DNA of 64,000 nt from Octopus vulgaris (taxonomy: Eukaryota). Below the pieces are notes generated by a model. It saw only the letters and a list, made by a program, of their open reading frames with translations, was not told the origin of the DNA and did no database searches. How positions within the stretch are numbered: position 1 is the first letter of the stretch; each line of letters opens with the position of its first letter. A program made the translations under genes and the position numbers. Location: the NCBI GenBank assembly GCA_951406725.2, contig OX597819.1, forward strand, positions 86,862,001-86,926,000, written 5' to 3'. Below, piece after piece: positions 1 to 13,009 of the stretch.

Positions 1-83
1 CTAAGGCCAAGGAGTAGTGTCTGTTACGAAAGGGACTGAGGGAGTCGACAGAAATCATAGTGGGTATAGTCATGAAACTATCA

Positions 84-118
<35 letters not shown>

Positions 119-1268
119 TTCATACATGCATACATTGCGTAAATACGCACATACATGATGATAGCATTTGTTGCAAGTTTTGACACAAGGCCAGAAAGTT
201 TGTTACACTGTGTAACAACCTCTCATTGTTTTTTGTCTTTGGTTACTAAGTTTTGCTTCTTTCTAGAAGTCAAAAGAAATGACTATTATTCCCTTCACAC
301 TTTGCTTTTGTTATGTGGTCATCAATGTTTTGTAACTGACGTATTTTCCATTACATTCAGATAGATTCAGCGCTGAGTTACTGAAGCAGAAATATCGTTA
401 TAGAAAAATTCTGCTCAGTATCACAGATTTGTTTGTCGGTTGCTTGAACATACCCACTTGAGCGTGTTCCTTAGTAGCTGACAATGTGTGCATCTCTGAT
501 CATGAGCAGGAGTAGAAGGTAGCATCATAGCCATGTGTTGAGAGAGATTCTTTGAGGTTTGAATAAATGTAAGAAAAGCTAAGTTTAAAGGAAATATTAA
601 CAATTTCTCGTACTTTCTAGGCATAAGCAAATAGAAAATAACAGTTGCTATCCAACGCCAAAAATTCTGTTTCACAGTGTCATATTAGCAAAGACGCCAA
701 TTCATTCTCATCATCATCATCATCATCACCATCACCACCACCACCATCATCATAATCCTCATCATTCGCCCAATATCTAAATCACAATTTCCGAAATGCT
801 AGGGTTTTGAAGCAAACATAGAAATACGTAGATAGATAGATAGATAGACAGACAGAAAGATAGATAAACAAGCGCACACATATCATTCGACCCTCAACTC
901 TAGTTACAAAAGATATATAATGATTTTTTTTTTTTAATTGGCCATAAAGCTCCACTGCTGTTAATAAAGTAGGTGAAATTGTATGTAGATTATACTTTTT
1001 CTTGATGGTATATAACGCACGTGTCAAGTATATCAATTTCAACCGGGTATTGAAACCAGAACTCGGATTCAGCAGTTGGGAGTGCATGTCTAAATCAATG
1101 CTGTATCTCACACCCTTTTGCTACTCAACCACCCAAATAACTAAATATAATTTCTGGAGATTGGGAGCGCGAAAGACAGTGAGATGGAAATTGTACGCCT
1201 TCGTTTGTCATCGTAGGCATCAAATATACCGTCTTCAAATCACAGCCTTTCGTTTTTGATATTAGATA

Positions 1269-1270
<2 letters not shown>

Positions 1271-1340
<70 letters not shown>

Positions 1341-1580
1341 CAGCAGCAGTAGTAGTAGTAGTTGTCGTAATAGTGGGGGGACTGCAGCAGTAGTAGTATT
1401 TGTAATTGAAACAGCTGAAACAGCAACAGCAGCAGCAGCAGCAGCTACTAAGACGTCGTGTTGGTCACAGCTGGAGTATTTTCTTTTATTATTATTATTA
1501 TTATTGAGTAGATCAATGAAGTTCGATCTGGAGTTATACAACAAAAAGAGCAGCAGCAGTAGCAGCAGTAGTAGTAGTAA

Positions 1581-1666
<86 letters not shown>
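1271..1666. repeat. (TAG)n/(CAG)n trinucleotide microsatellite blocks
   Basis: Two long AGT/AGC runs (about 1271-1362 and 1549-1666), source of the poly-L/S/Y ORFs. Confidence 0.95.
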
Positions 1667-1667
<1 letters not shown>

Positions 1668-2072
1668 GACATCGCACACTCTCATAATGTACATTTTACT
1701 TGTCATTCAGAGAGTACATACGCAAAGGTTCACATTTCTTTGGAAATCAAACTTAGGCTTTCATACATCAACAAAACTTGTGTCGTGGGAAAACTGATGA
1801 TATCCGGTTGATTCAAATTTAAATAATTAGAACAACTTACACACTAAGAAAGGACACATAAATATGTTCAAATTCCACCGAGGTCGACTTTTCTACTCTT
1901 TCTTTCGGGGTCTATAAATTAAGTACCGATTGGGTACTGAGGTAGATATATATGATCGCGTAGTCCCACTCACAAAATTTCAGATTTTGTGTCAGTAGTA
2001 GAAAGCATTAATGGATTGAGAAAGTGGGTGCAAAAGCAAGACAGACAGAGACAGATAAATAGATGGATGGAT

Positions 2073-2138
<66 letters not shown>

Positions 2139-2158
2139 GGAGACAGACAGAGAAAAAA

Positions 2159-2201
<43 letters not shown>

Positions 2202-2431
2202 GAGTAGAAAGGTGTGAGAGGGAAAAAGAAAGAAAGATTCTTTAATCAGCTAGTAGACCGGTTGTCGTATATATATAGCCGTTTAACTTGTCTACACGCT
2301 TCCAGGACCTATCTATTTTATCTACGACATTACTACAATACTACAATCACTCAAGTTCTTTTTTGTGAATATCTGAATTTTTATATCAGGTCTTTTTTTT
2401 TTGTTCTTTCCAATTAGTCTCACCACCACAC

Positions 2432-2496
<65 letters not shown>

Positions 2497-2502
<6 letters not shown>

Positions 2503-2714
2503 TTAGATAAAACTTAGATATGTTTCGACCAAAGATTGGTCCAGGCCATGTCTAACTTAATAGCACCACCTGATAGGATTATTCGAATCCTGTTTAAGTC
2601 AAGTTTTGTTTATGGTCCATTCAAGTAGTGAGTTCTTGTTGGGTGAGTTGTATCCAATTATGGGTGGCTTATCTGGTATTCTTTGAAGGAATCTATCCAG
2701 ACTCCGTTTTATAT
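2497..2714 (-). mobile_element. 3' end of a LINE (CR1/L2-like) with stem-loop and tandem-repeat tail
   Basis: ORF end [31 protein letters not shown]; 3' UTR hairpin GACCAAtctTTGGTC; (ATCTAAGTTTT)2 tail; flanked by (TA)n on both sides. Confidence 0.65.
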
Positions 2715-2719
2715 ATATA

Positions 2720-2777
<58 letters not shown>

Positions 2778-2800
2778 CATATACACACACATATATATAT

Positions 2801-2832
<32 letters not shown>

Positions 2833-3964
2833 GTATGTATACACACACAAGTACGCATGCATGTATATACATATATATACAAATTTGAGTGGAATGTCGT
2901 GAGAAAAAATATTCAATACATACGCTAGAAACTCTACATCTGCTCGTGAGAGTAAGAGAGAGAAAGAGAGGGAGAAAGAAAGAGATAAAGAGAGGGAGAG
3001 AGAAAGAGAGGGAGAGAGAAAGAGAGAGAAAGCGAGAGTAAAAAAGAGGAGGTAGATGGGAAAAAGCGGGATAGAGAGTCTGGAGAAGAAACTAGATTGA
3101 CGATAAATCGTAAATACAATGGGATATAGGAATCTGAAGACGCCAATTCATTCCCATCATAAGCATCATCATCACCACCATCATCATCATTCGCCCAACT
3201 GTTCTCTTCTAAATTAGGCTAATTTATTATTACTAAATACAAAGAAATTTTGAAGCCTTTTTCACTCATGTTCGTTCACCATATTTTCCGGCATACGAGT
3301 CCACGTAGTATATAGTGTAAACAAGTGACATAAGCATCCAAACATCGTCACTCTCTTTCCAAACCCTGCTGCATTTCATACGGAAATTTTGGTCCTCCGA
3401 AGTTGTCTTGGTGTATAAGTCGACTTACCGTTTTTGGTTGCACAGTTTGGTATCAGAATTTCGATTTGTATGCCAGTTATAATGTAGAACTAAATACTAT
3501 AAGGTATTTTATCTAACGATTGTGCAATCCACCATTTGTATGTGTAAATTAATATGAACGATCGAGGGAAAACTATTTTGTTACTACTACTTACTTCATA
3601 AGCTGTGTAATACATACCCGCAAAAATAAATATACACGATGCTTGTTATGTCACTCATTTAGAGAGGTAGGATCCTCTTGGCGAATAAGATGACTGAGTT
3701 GGCTGTTGTTGATAGATATTGAGTTGTATGTTTTCGCTTGTAGAATAGGATGCAAGCGATGTTGTCAAGGCACGAATAGTTAAACTTAACGTTGTTTGCA
3801 TTAAAAAGCTTATGATATTTGCAATCTGATGGGAAGTGGTATTCTGCAAGGAATAGAAAATTTCTGACTGCGTTCGTTGAGACATCTCATTTATAGGGAG
3901 GGGATTAAGCATGATTAACTCTCTCTTCTTAATTTTCCGCTGACTTTGAATATATTGAGTAAGA

Positions 3965-4026
<62 letters not shown>

Positions 4027-4375
4027 ATGTGCGTATTAGAATATTAGTGTATCATCGATCATGGGCTGAATAAAACCAGTACATTTGAACAGAAACACTC
4101 CGTAGTATCTCTGTGCAACCAATTTATTAATCTTTACACCAATGCTCAGCTTACATTAAGAGAGCAAAGAAATAAGTACCAGGTAAAATATTGTGATCAA
4201 TATATTCGACTAAAACCCTTAAATACGATATTCCAGCATCGTTACATCAAAATTACAGGAACTAAAAAGAACAAAAGCATATAAACATTAATAAACAAAA
4301 GTATGTAGAATTGTTGAAAATGAACAAGTAGAAAATTAAAAATCAATTAAAGCGAGAAAAATAAATGGTACATAC

Positions 4376-4499
4376 GACAGCCACTGCATGAGATGCATTG
4401 ATTTCCTCTTTAGACATAACACTGAAGTATCCAATATTGGTGAGAACATAACAAACAGTGGTGAGAGGAATGCCAATTATGATGGAGAGAGGCAAATCT
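4376..4499 (-). CDS. SLC7A9: SLC7A9-like transporter internal exon, 124 bp
   Basis: Acceptor ttttttttCAG, donor GTATG; encodes (R)[41 protein letters not shown]; ends in phase 0; next exon not found in 1-4375. Confidence 0.92.
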
Positions 4500-4646
4500 C
4501 TGAAAAAAAAAACACACAAAAGAAAAGATTTAGTACACAAAATAGCTACGCAATTTTTTTTCTTCCCCCGACAAGAATGAATGTCTTTTGTATACGGAAA
4601 AGGAATATAATAAAATGAATGCAATGACTAGTTGTTTTAAGCCGCA

Positions 4647-4687
<41 letters not shown>

Positions 4688-4963
4688 TCCTTCTTTCCTT
4701 CTTTCCTGAGCGTCCAATAATACTATATTTGTTCCACGTCCTCGCGTTGTTGTGTTTTTTTGTGCTTTCTTGTTTGGATAAACTTTATATATATATATCG
4801 TGACGCATATTTGCCATTTGAATATGGCTAACCCATAAGGGTGGATGCTATTGTAGTTTGTAGCCCCAGGAAGATATCTCCTCCAGCTGGCTATAGACAC
4901 ACTATCTGTGTCCTCTCAGTATTTGTGAAGGGGAGTCATCCTCCCCGTCTTCAACACATGATA

Positions 4964-5008
4964 CACACGTACCCGAGTTTCAAGGTGTTTACCTTTCATC
5001 AGCGTGTG
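4964..5008 (-). ncRNA. Type I hammerhead ribozyme, PLE-type, intact core
   Basis: cacacg-CUGAUGA-aaggu(aaac)accuu-GAAA-cucggg-UA-cgugug: 6-bp stem I, 5-bp stem II, near-palindromic stem III, GUA cleavage triplet. Confidence 0.85.
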
Positions 5009-5227
5009 ACAATCATGGTTGTCGACGAGAAGTCAGATCCCTTCAAATGGCAAATATGCGTCACGATGTGTTACCGCTACTGTTTATAACTCGCTCTGAG
5101 ATTTATCATCGTGATGCATATTTGCCATTTGAATATGGCTAACCCATAAGGGTGGATGCTACTGTAGTTTGTAGCCCCAGGAAGATATCTCCTCCAGCTG
5201 GCTATAGACACACTATTCTACTATATT

Positions 5228-5260
5228 AGTAGAAATACCCGGCGTTGTTCGTGATTTAAA
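5228..5260 (-). mobile_element. Possible Helitron-like 3' terminus remnant
   Basis: Minus strand cacgaacaacgccgggtatttctactaa resembles a GC hairpin + CTAG Helitron end; degenerate. Confidence 0.3.
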
Positions 5261-5269
5261 TGGCATACT

Positions 5270-5566
5270 TTTTTTATTCTTTGACTTCTTTCAGTCATAT
5301 AACTGCGGCTGTGCTGGAGCACCGCCTTTAATCGAACAAAGATATCCCAGGATTTATTCTTTGTAAGCCATTGTACTTATTCCATCAGTATCTTTTGCCG
5401 AACCACTAAGACACGGTGACGTAAATACACCAACATCGGCTGTCAAGCGATGTTTGGAACACAAACACAGAGACAATCACACAAATATATACATATATAC
5501 AACATTTTTGTTTCCGTTTCCGTGTACAAAATCGACTCACAAGGCTTTGGTCGGGCAGAGGCTATA
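5270..5566 (-). mobile_element. SINE family C, partial copy
   Basis: Homologous to 24497-24941 (gctggagcaccgcctttaatcgaacaaa...cacaaggctttggtcggg). Confidence 0.7.
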
Positions 5567-5567
5567 A

Positions 5568-5665
<98 letters not shown>

Positions 5666-5691
5666 TGTATGTATGTATGTATGTATGTATG

Positions 5692-5726
<35 letters not shown>

Positions 5727-5871
5727 GTATGTATATATATGTATATATATATACATATATGCATATATATATACATATATACATATATACATGCATATAT
5801 ATACACATATATATATACATATATACACATATATATACATATATATATGTACACACACATATATATATATA

Positions 5872-5922
<51 letters not shown>

Positions 5923-6104
5923 TAAATAATTAAGGGTTTAGCAACGATTTGCCTCACCACACACCGAATTTAGAAATAGCAGTCAAAAAGTTTTGGCTAT
6001 TCTTTCTACTTAAAAGGGAGATCCCAGTAAAACCAAAGCACTTAAAAAGCAAACGACGCAGGCAAAAGAGAAAGAAATGACGAAAATCATTCTATATTAA
6101 ATCA

Positions 6105-6195
6105 CCTACGGACGTACGTTTCGGAATTAAGTCATTGCAGAGCATAAAAATTAAATGATTATGTCTTACCTGACTATTTTCCTCCTCAGCGTAGG
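6105..6195 (-). ncRNA. Type I hammerhead ribozyme with long stem II insertion, intact core
   Basis: ccuacg-CUGAGGA-ggaa...uucc-GAAA-cguacg-UC-cguagg: perfect 6-bp stem I, perfect palindromic stem III (ACGUACGU), GUC triplet; stem II extended by agtca/tgact. Confidence 0.85.
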
Positions 6196-6360
6196 ACTCT
6201 TCAATTATAAATAATTGCGTCTCAATTATTAATAATTGTGTATTAAATTTGAAGGCACTAGAAGACATCACCTCAACTCGTGGTATCAGAGCGAGCGTAA
6301 GCCCTTACCAGTACCACCAAATACATATATATATCTACATATATATATAAATATATATAT

Positions 6361-6409
<49 letters not shown>

Positions 6410-6410
6410 T

Positions 6411-6879
<469 letters not shown>

Positions 6880-6980
6880 ATATAAAGTTAATCCAAACAA
6901 GAAAACAAAAAGACAACAACGCGAGGATGTGGAACAAATAAAGTATTATTGGACGCTCAGGAAAGAAGGGAAGAAGGAGG

Positions 6981-7015
6981 GTATGACGTTTCGAGCGGAG
7001 CTCTTCGTCGGAAAC
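6981..7015 (-). ncRNA. Minimal HHR-like motif with variant core CCGACGA
   Basis: guuu-CCGACGA-a-gagc(ucc)gcuc-GAAA-cg-UC-auac; stem I poor; tail 6884-6980 ends in (TA)n; an inverted copy of the tail lies at 4683-4787. Confidence 0.5.
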
Positions 7016-7439
7016 ATAGGAGAAAGAAAGATCCCGAGGTGGGAGGACAGAAAAAAAAAATTGCAAGTGGTCTTCACGAGGTCACATACTGAAAAGACGG
7101 AAGTGGTAAAAAAGGAGGAACATGTTTTCAAAAACAGGAGAGCTGAATCAAAGAAGGAATGGTAAACAAAGGTGTGCGAGATGAGAAGGGTGTGTGTGTG
7201 AGTGTGTGCGTGTGTGTGTGCGTGTGTGTGTATGTGTGTGTATGGTGGACAATGGCTAGTGGCAACCAGCAGTAGAATTAAAGAAGTGGTGTGGGGGTAC
7301 CCTAGCGAGTCAGGAAGGCAGGTCAGAAACAGGGAGGTGTGTGTGTGTGCGTGTATATGTCTCGTGTGTGTGTTTTGTTGTAGTATGTGTGTAATGAATG
7401 AAAGTAGAAATAAAATATAAAATATATAAAGATATTATA

Positions 7440-8100
7440 GTTGCAGTTCCATTATTCGAGGAAAGTGGTGTATAGAAGTGGTAAAAGTTTCCTGTTAGTC
7501 ATTTCAAAGAATGGAGCCATTATAGATAGAACAGTTAACAACAGCGATAGCAATAATAACGATATTAGTAATAAGAATACTAATAACTTAGGCATTTCTA
7601 CCCCCCCCCCATCTCTAACGTCTCTTCTGACAGTTTTACCTTCTTATTCCTGAAAACAATCTGCAAAATACATCCACTTTTAACTACCGTCCTGGGTCTA
7701 TCTGCCCTCTACAAACCCATTGTAGAAGATCTTATGTAATTTATAAATGTACCGCCCTCAACACATTCCACAATTCTACAGCTATATAGAGAGAGTCAAC
7801 TATAATTTTTAGATAGTGACATCCCGCTGATCTTTTAGATACGAGGAACACAGCAGTTCCACAACACTCGCTAGTCACATACATCATCGCAAAAATAGAA
7901 ATATTCCCTACATTTTGTCATGGTCCATAATAGATTCAGGGCTTCCATACCAAGATCAATGCTTAGCTTTTAAGCTATGCCTAAAGGAGGCATTCCACAT
8001 ATCAAAACACAACTCCTCGACACTACTAAATAAATACATGCAACCACCGCCTTTTTCATACCTTCAAATTTTACCACAAATCTAAATGCAACCTAAATAA
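7440..8100 (+). mobile_element. Decayed Penelope-like element, linker + GIY-YIG endonuclease remnant
   Basis: Broken reading: SGKSFLLVISKN...ICPLQTHCRRSYVIYKC...RYEEHSSSTTLASHIHH...SWSIIDS...KLCLKEAFHI...LLNK, the typical PLE endonuclease C-terminus. Confidence 0.7.
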
Positions 8101-9311
8101 CCACACAGCATGTGTCCACAACACCCCCTTAGGTAATCCCCAACAACCTTACTTAACATTCCTTTATCTCCATCCTAATTTTCTATCTTACTTTAAAGAT
8201 CTCAATCATTTAATACTACATACAGGGACATGCAAGCGGATACATGTGTATGTGCAAATGTGTGAGATTGCACATTTGTGTATGTATATGTATATGGGTA
8301 TATGTATGTGTGTGTGTGTATATATATATGTATATATATATATATATATATGGGGGTGGGGGGTGTATGTATATGCACGTGCTTATGTATGTACAAATAT
8401 ATATGAGTGAGTGTGTGCATGTGTATATATGTATACGTATGCGCACACATATGCATGTATAAATACATTTACGGATGCGTATGTGTATGTATACATATGC
8501 GCACATGTATTTGTACGTGTGTGTGTGCGTACGTAAGTCATTATATCTCCTTTTCTCCTCTCTGATTCCTAACTATCACACTAACCTGTACGATTACATA
8601 CGTTTATAGAAATTTGACACCCCTCCACTTTAAATTTTACTACTAAAACCCCACCCATACATTTTCTCTACCCATCCCTTAATGCAGCTCTGTCGTATTA
8701 CCCCTACTCACATATCTCACACTTATTCATTCCTTATCTACCCATCTCTTCCAATCCCTCCCTGCTTCTCTTCCGTCCTCCCCTCACATTATCTTGACCA
8801 CCAGCTAACACTCGTTTTCTCACTTCTTTCACACTTTCTTCGCTTTTCTTCACTCTTTCCACATTTTTCTCTGTTCTTTTCTCTCTCTCTCTCTCTCTTT
8901 TTCCTTTCATTTTCTCTTCCTGTTTTCATTTTGACCTATCTCCTCACTCTAATCATACACATCTCTCTCCCTCCCCTCTATCCACAAATACTACCAATAG
9001 ATTCTCAAATTTCCATTAACACCACAAGACCATTTCGAATGAACAATGCAGAATCCACGACTCCATTCTCTGAAATGATTAAACATGAACTACTATTGGA
9101 ACTTATATATCATGTACTGGAAACTTTTTTGCCACTTCTATGCACCACTTTCCTCGAATAATGGAACTGCAACTAAAATATCTTTATATACTTTATATTT
9201 TATTTCTACTTTCATTCTCTTATTTCTTTCTGTATTCCCTATCTTCTCCGTTTCCATAATAATTCCTTATTTCGAACTCAAATATTTGCTTCTATTTAAC
9301 CATCTCACATC

Positions 9312-9359
9312 GTCTCTGATGAAATGATTTCCATAATATACCAGAAACAGCAGTAAGAC
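9312..9359 (+). ncRNA. Degenerate type I hammerhead ribozyme
   Basis: gucu-CUGAUGA-(weak stem II)-GAAA-cagcag-UA-agac; 4-bp stem I; ~1.2 kb downstream of and co-oriented with the PLE remnant. Confidence 0.6.
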
Positions 9360-9570
9360 TATAACTTTATCTTATTCCTTACAAATGTACTGAAAACCCC
9401 TTACAGCATTGGCTTTGTTATCTCATTTTGTCTAATATATATATGCATGCTAATACAAGACCCACATGAGTCTCACAGTAGAATTAAAAGTGAAAGAATA
9501 AGAATGAAACCACATTATATCACATTACAATATAGATGATATTGTTTCACTTTTGACACGTAATACAGAA

Positions 9571-9842
9571 CTAGTCTAAGAGACTGCCCCGGGCCCTCAT
9601 TAGGCAAGAAGTTGAAAATTGTTTCGGCCCATGACACTCCATGGTCTCAAAGTAATGTATGTATAAAGTTTGAATTAAATCGATTGCGTTGTTCTCTAGT
9701 TTTAGGGCTTCACACACACATATATAAATACAGACAGACAGATACACATTCTCAGTTTTAGTGTATAATTTGAATGAAATTGGTTGGGTAGTTCTCGAGT
9801 TTTCGGGCTTCACACATACAGACTGTCACACAGATTCTGTGT

Positions 9843-9850
<8 letters not shown>
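9571..9850. mobile_element. Non-autonomous repeat (Helitron-like) with internal ~90-bp tandem duplication; inverted relative at ~15460-15700
   Basis: 9661-9760 and 9761-9850 are similar units (aaatcgattgcgttgttctctagttttagggcttcacac / aaattggttgggtagttctcgagttttcgggcttcacac). Confidence 0.4.
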
Positions 9851-9899
<49 letters not shown>

Positions 9900-9912
9900 G
9901 ATATACACCTTG

Positions 9913-9947
<35 letters not shown>

Positions 9948-10951
9948 GAAAATTAAAGATTTTGCAAAGACTTTGTTTCATGGACGTTGGCAAGGATTGT
10001 ATATGAAAAATAAAAGAATGATATCAGAAGTTACATTGTGATAGTGTTGTGAACTTAGATATTTTGTAGTTCCTAGATTTTGTTTGCTTCTTCCAGCAAA
10101 TAACGCATATACACCTCTTAATATACTCTTTTTCGTACACGGAAAGCGTGCTGATTTTTTTGACAGCTTCAAAAGAAAAACAAACAGGAAGATGAAATAT
10201 GACGCACGAGATTTTATGCCTGTAAAATGTAAGTTAACAGATAAAGATTATATTCTGGTTTCTAACGTAAGCACAAGGTCAAAAATATTTTTGTTGCTGA
10301 GGATATAGTCTACTATATAGTCTACTATATATATTAACCCAAATGCTTGACTGCTGCTATGTTATCACTCCAAGGAAAGGCAAAGTCAACCACGGTGGGA
10401 CAAATATTATATATTGGAAACTATGAACCGAGAATCACGTGCGCTGACCTGGTACTGATTGTGTAGCCAGTTATAACTTTGGAAATATTTCTTTGAAACA
10501 AAAAGCGGGAACAACTGTGATAAATCACCGAGTATATATATATATACATATATATGCACTCACATGTACACACACAACGCATAAGAATGAAAACACACAC
10601 GTACACACATATACACAGACACATACATGCTCTCACACACACAATGCATATGAATGTATGTATGTTGCTGCACTTTGGGAGTAGAATTGTGTAGACAAAA
10701 ACTGTTTAGCCTGTTCCTGATGGGAAGTTTGATGACTTGCCTAATACTTACAATAAGCACGGTAAAACATACCTTGAGTTACAATCTTCCACCTTTAAAA
10801 AGAACGTGTTGGATAATCTGATCAAGCTTTCTCTCTATATAGAATATAATCGGGATGATCACGACTGGAATATCTTTAATTATAGGTCTGCTGCGATAGA
10901 ATTCGGTTGATCTGGGGTTAAACAACAACAAAAACAACATCTGCAGCAGCA

Positions 10952-11355
10952 GTGGAGACGCAATGGCCCAATGGTTAGAGCAGCGGACTCGCGGTCGGAA
11001 GATCGCGGTTTCGATTCCCAGACCGGGCGTTGTGTGTGTTTATTGAGCGAAAACACCTAAAGCTCCACGAGGCTCCGGCAGGGGGTGGTGGCGACCCTTG
11101 TTGTACTCTTTCGCCCCGACTTTCTCTCACTCTTTCTTCCCGTTTCTTGTCCCCGACTTCCTACGCAACCGCTGAGCCTGGATGCGCATTCATCCATCCG
11201 TCGATGCTCTCGGTGTCGGGAATTGACCTGCTTTCTCTTTTGCGGGTCTTACGAATAGCAAAAGACCACGTTTCGGACTTCTCCCACTACAGAGGCGCGA
11301 TCTTGCGAGCTCTGAGACGAAGACCGCTTCGCTCAACAGCAACAGCAGCAGCAGC
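10952..11355 (+). mobile_element. tRNA-derived SINE family A
   Basis: A box TGGCCCAATGG, B box GGTTTCGATTCC; homologous to the 22716, 37981 and 50693 copies; (CAG/CAA)n tail. Confidence 0.85.
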
Positions 11356-11965
11356 ACTAGCATTGACAACATCCAATGAACAGATTCTTCAGCCGGGAAA
11401 TTGTCATCAATTCTGTGAGTGAGTTTATTGCAATGAAAAGCTTTTAACATAAGCATTGAAATCACTTGAAGCCTCTTTGAGCATCTAAAACATCAAATTG
11501 TAAATCACTACAAGTTAACATTTGAACAGTCAAGTGGTAAAATTAATCACCATGCAGCTATTTCAAACGCCCAGTAATGTTAGTTGTTGGTAAATAGATA
11601 TTTGACAGCAATTCCTGATGTAACAGTGACTACAAATGTCAAATAACTAGATAAATAAAATGACTAAATCAATAAATGAATGACTAAATAAAAGATAATA
11701 TTTACATAGATTTGTTGTAAATTTTTGTAATGTATTGTCTATCATCCTCTTCCTCTGTCTATTTCTCCTTCACACTGCCTATCTCTTACCCTTTCGCTAC
11801 GCGCTGCTGACAGTAATATCACTAGACATAAATGTCACTAAAATCGCTGTAGTTGGTTGGTTGCAGTTTTACAGCCGCTAAAGGAAACAAGTGGGTCTAT
11901 AAACTAAATAGTACTTCATACTTTATAAGTGACGTTAAATAATTTGTACGTTTGTATGTTGATAT

Positions 11966-12270
11966 ACAGGGAGTCCTAAAACAGTATATGTACTTTAGCA
12001 ATTGACAACTCATTTAATTTTCTTCTCTTATTTTAAGATTTAACCCATTAGAATTGATGAAGCGTTTAACACAGGAAATATATCCTGAAGCACTACTGGA
12101 AGTTTGAAAACGCAGTCGAAGAGCAGAGACAGTTTAGAAGGGAGTTGCAATCACATCTATCCACGCGACTTACTATCACTCGAATTAGAGATAAGTTTGA
12201 AGCTGTTGAGAATGTTCACAGGAATCGTTCCAGAAGACCGCGACATCGATGAACCCCACAAAGCAAGAAA
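11966..12270 (+). mobile_element. Tc1/mariner-like transposase N-terminal (HTH) remnant
   Basis: ILKHYWKFENAVEEQRQFRRE...TRLTITRIRDKFEA...NRSRRPR; preceded by ta-CAGGG. Confidence 0.55.
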
Positions 12271-12342
12271 TAACAGCTATTAAACGAGTATGTGCACAAA
12301 TTCCGAACGAAATGTTTCTTGGTGTTTGTGATTCCATTGTGA

Positions 12343-12535
12343 TTCATTATTCAGTTTTATTTCAAGGTTCCTTGCCAATAGAGAAAGAGCCGGCTTCAAA
12401 CCTAAATCCAAGGCTCTTTCATTGGAATTTTAACATCAACAACAGGGTAATTTTGTATGCATGTATGTATGTATGTATGTATGTATGTATGTATGTATGT
12501 ATGTATGTATGTATGTATGTATGTATGTATGTATG
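12343..12535 (+). mobile_element. Short interspersed repeat with (TATG)n tail; inverted copy at 17210-17432
   Basis: cttgccaatagagaaagagccggcttcaaacctaaatccaaggctctttcattggaattttaacatcaacaacagggta matches the reverse complement of 17320-17430. Confidence 0.75.
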
Positions 12536-13009
12536 TGAGTGTGTAAGCGCGTGTGTATGTATGTATTTGTATTGTATGTGTGTATATGTATGCTCTGCAT
12601 GTGTATATACATACCGAAAGGTAGATCGGTATATTCTTAGGCAAAAAAAAGAGAAAAAATTACCCAAACAGTTTTTTTTTCAATCCATATACGTCAATTT
12701 TTTTCCTCACAAACGTGTTTTACAGTCTCGTTTATAAAGTTTCATAAAACAAATGAAATTCAAAGATTGTGTTCCAGCATCCCAAGCAAAGAGAAGAGAT
12801 TATATTTCTATATCTAGAAAATGAAAGATAAATTTGCATTGGATTGTTCTATGTAATAAAAAGAATTGGAGAAAGTACTGAAATAACATATGTAGTTTTA
12901 GGATTCTTTTAAATGGAAGCCTGCAGGAAGTTTCTTTCAACGTTTAAATAAAAAGTTATACGTGAATAGCTCTAATTAAAATTGGATAGCTAAATCAAAG
13001 CAGTTAACA

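Noticed and set aside
1125-1797. Poly-L/Y/S ORFs, and the many YI/CV/HT-repeat ORFs throughout the track
   Set aside because: Translations of microsatellites that lack stop codons; no coding signature.
1794-1800. Isolated CTGATGA (also on the minus strand at 32627-32633)
   Set aside because: No properly placed GAAA, stem II or stem I; expected by chance.
2519-2560. GACCAA/TTGGTC hairpin followed by GAAAC as a hammerhead
   Set aside because: No CUGANGA upstream; better explained as a LINE 3' UTR stem-loop before a tandem-repeat tail.
1-4375. Next downstream transporter exon
   Set aside because: No matching peptide found; it probably lies outside the window.
4797-5067. Classical MITE interpretation of the 26-bp inverted repeats
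   Set aside because: The internal HHR, the adjacent direct copy of the tail and the lack of a clear TSD favour a PLE-type inversion.
10768-10800. Possible extra transporter exon near a GTATG donor-like site
   Set aside because: No SLC7-like translation, and the flanking exons already join in frame.
10952-11030. tRNA gene
   Set aside because: The A/B boxes continue into a repeated SINE body present four times; no complete cloverleaf or terminator.
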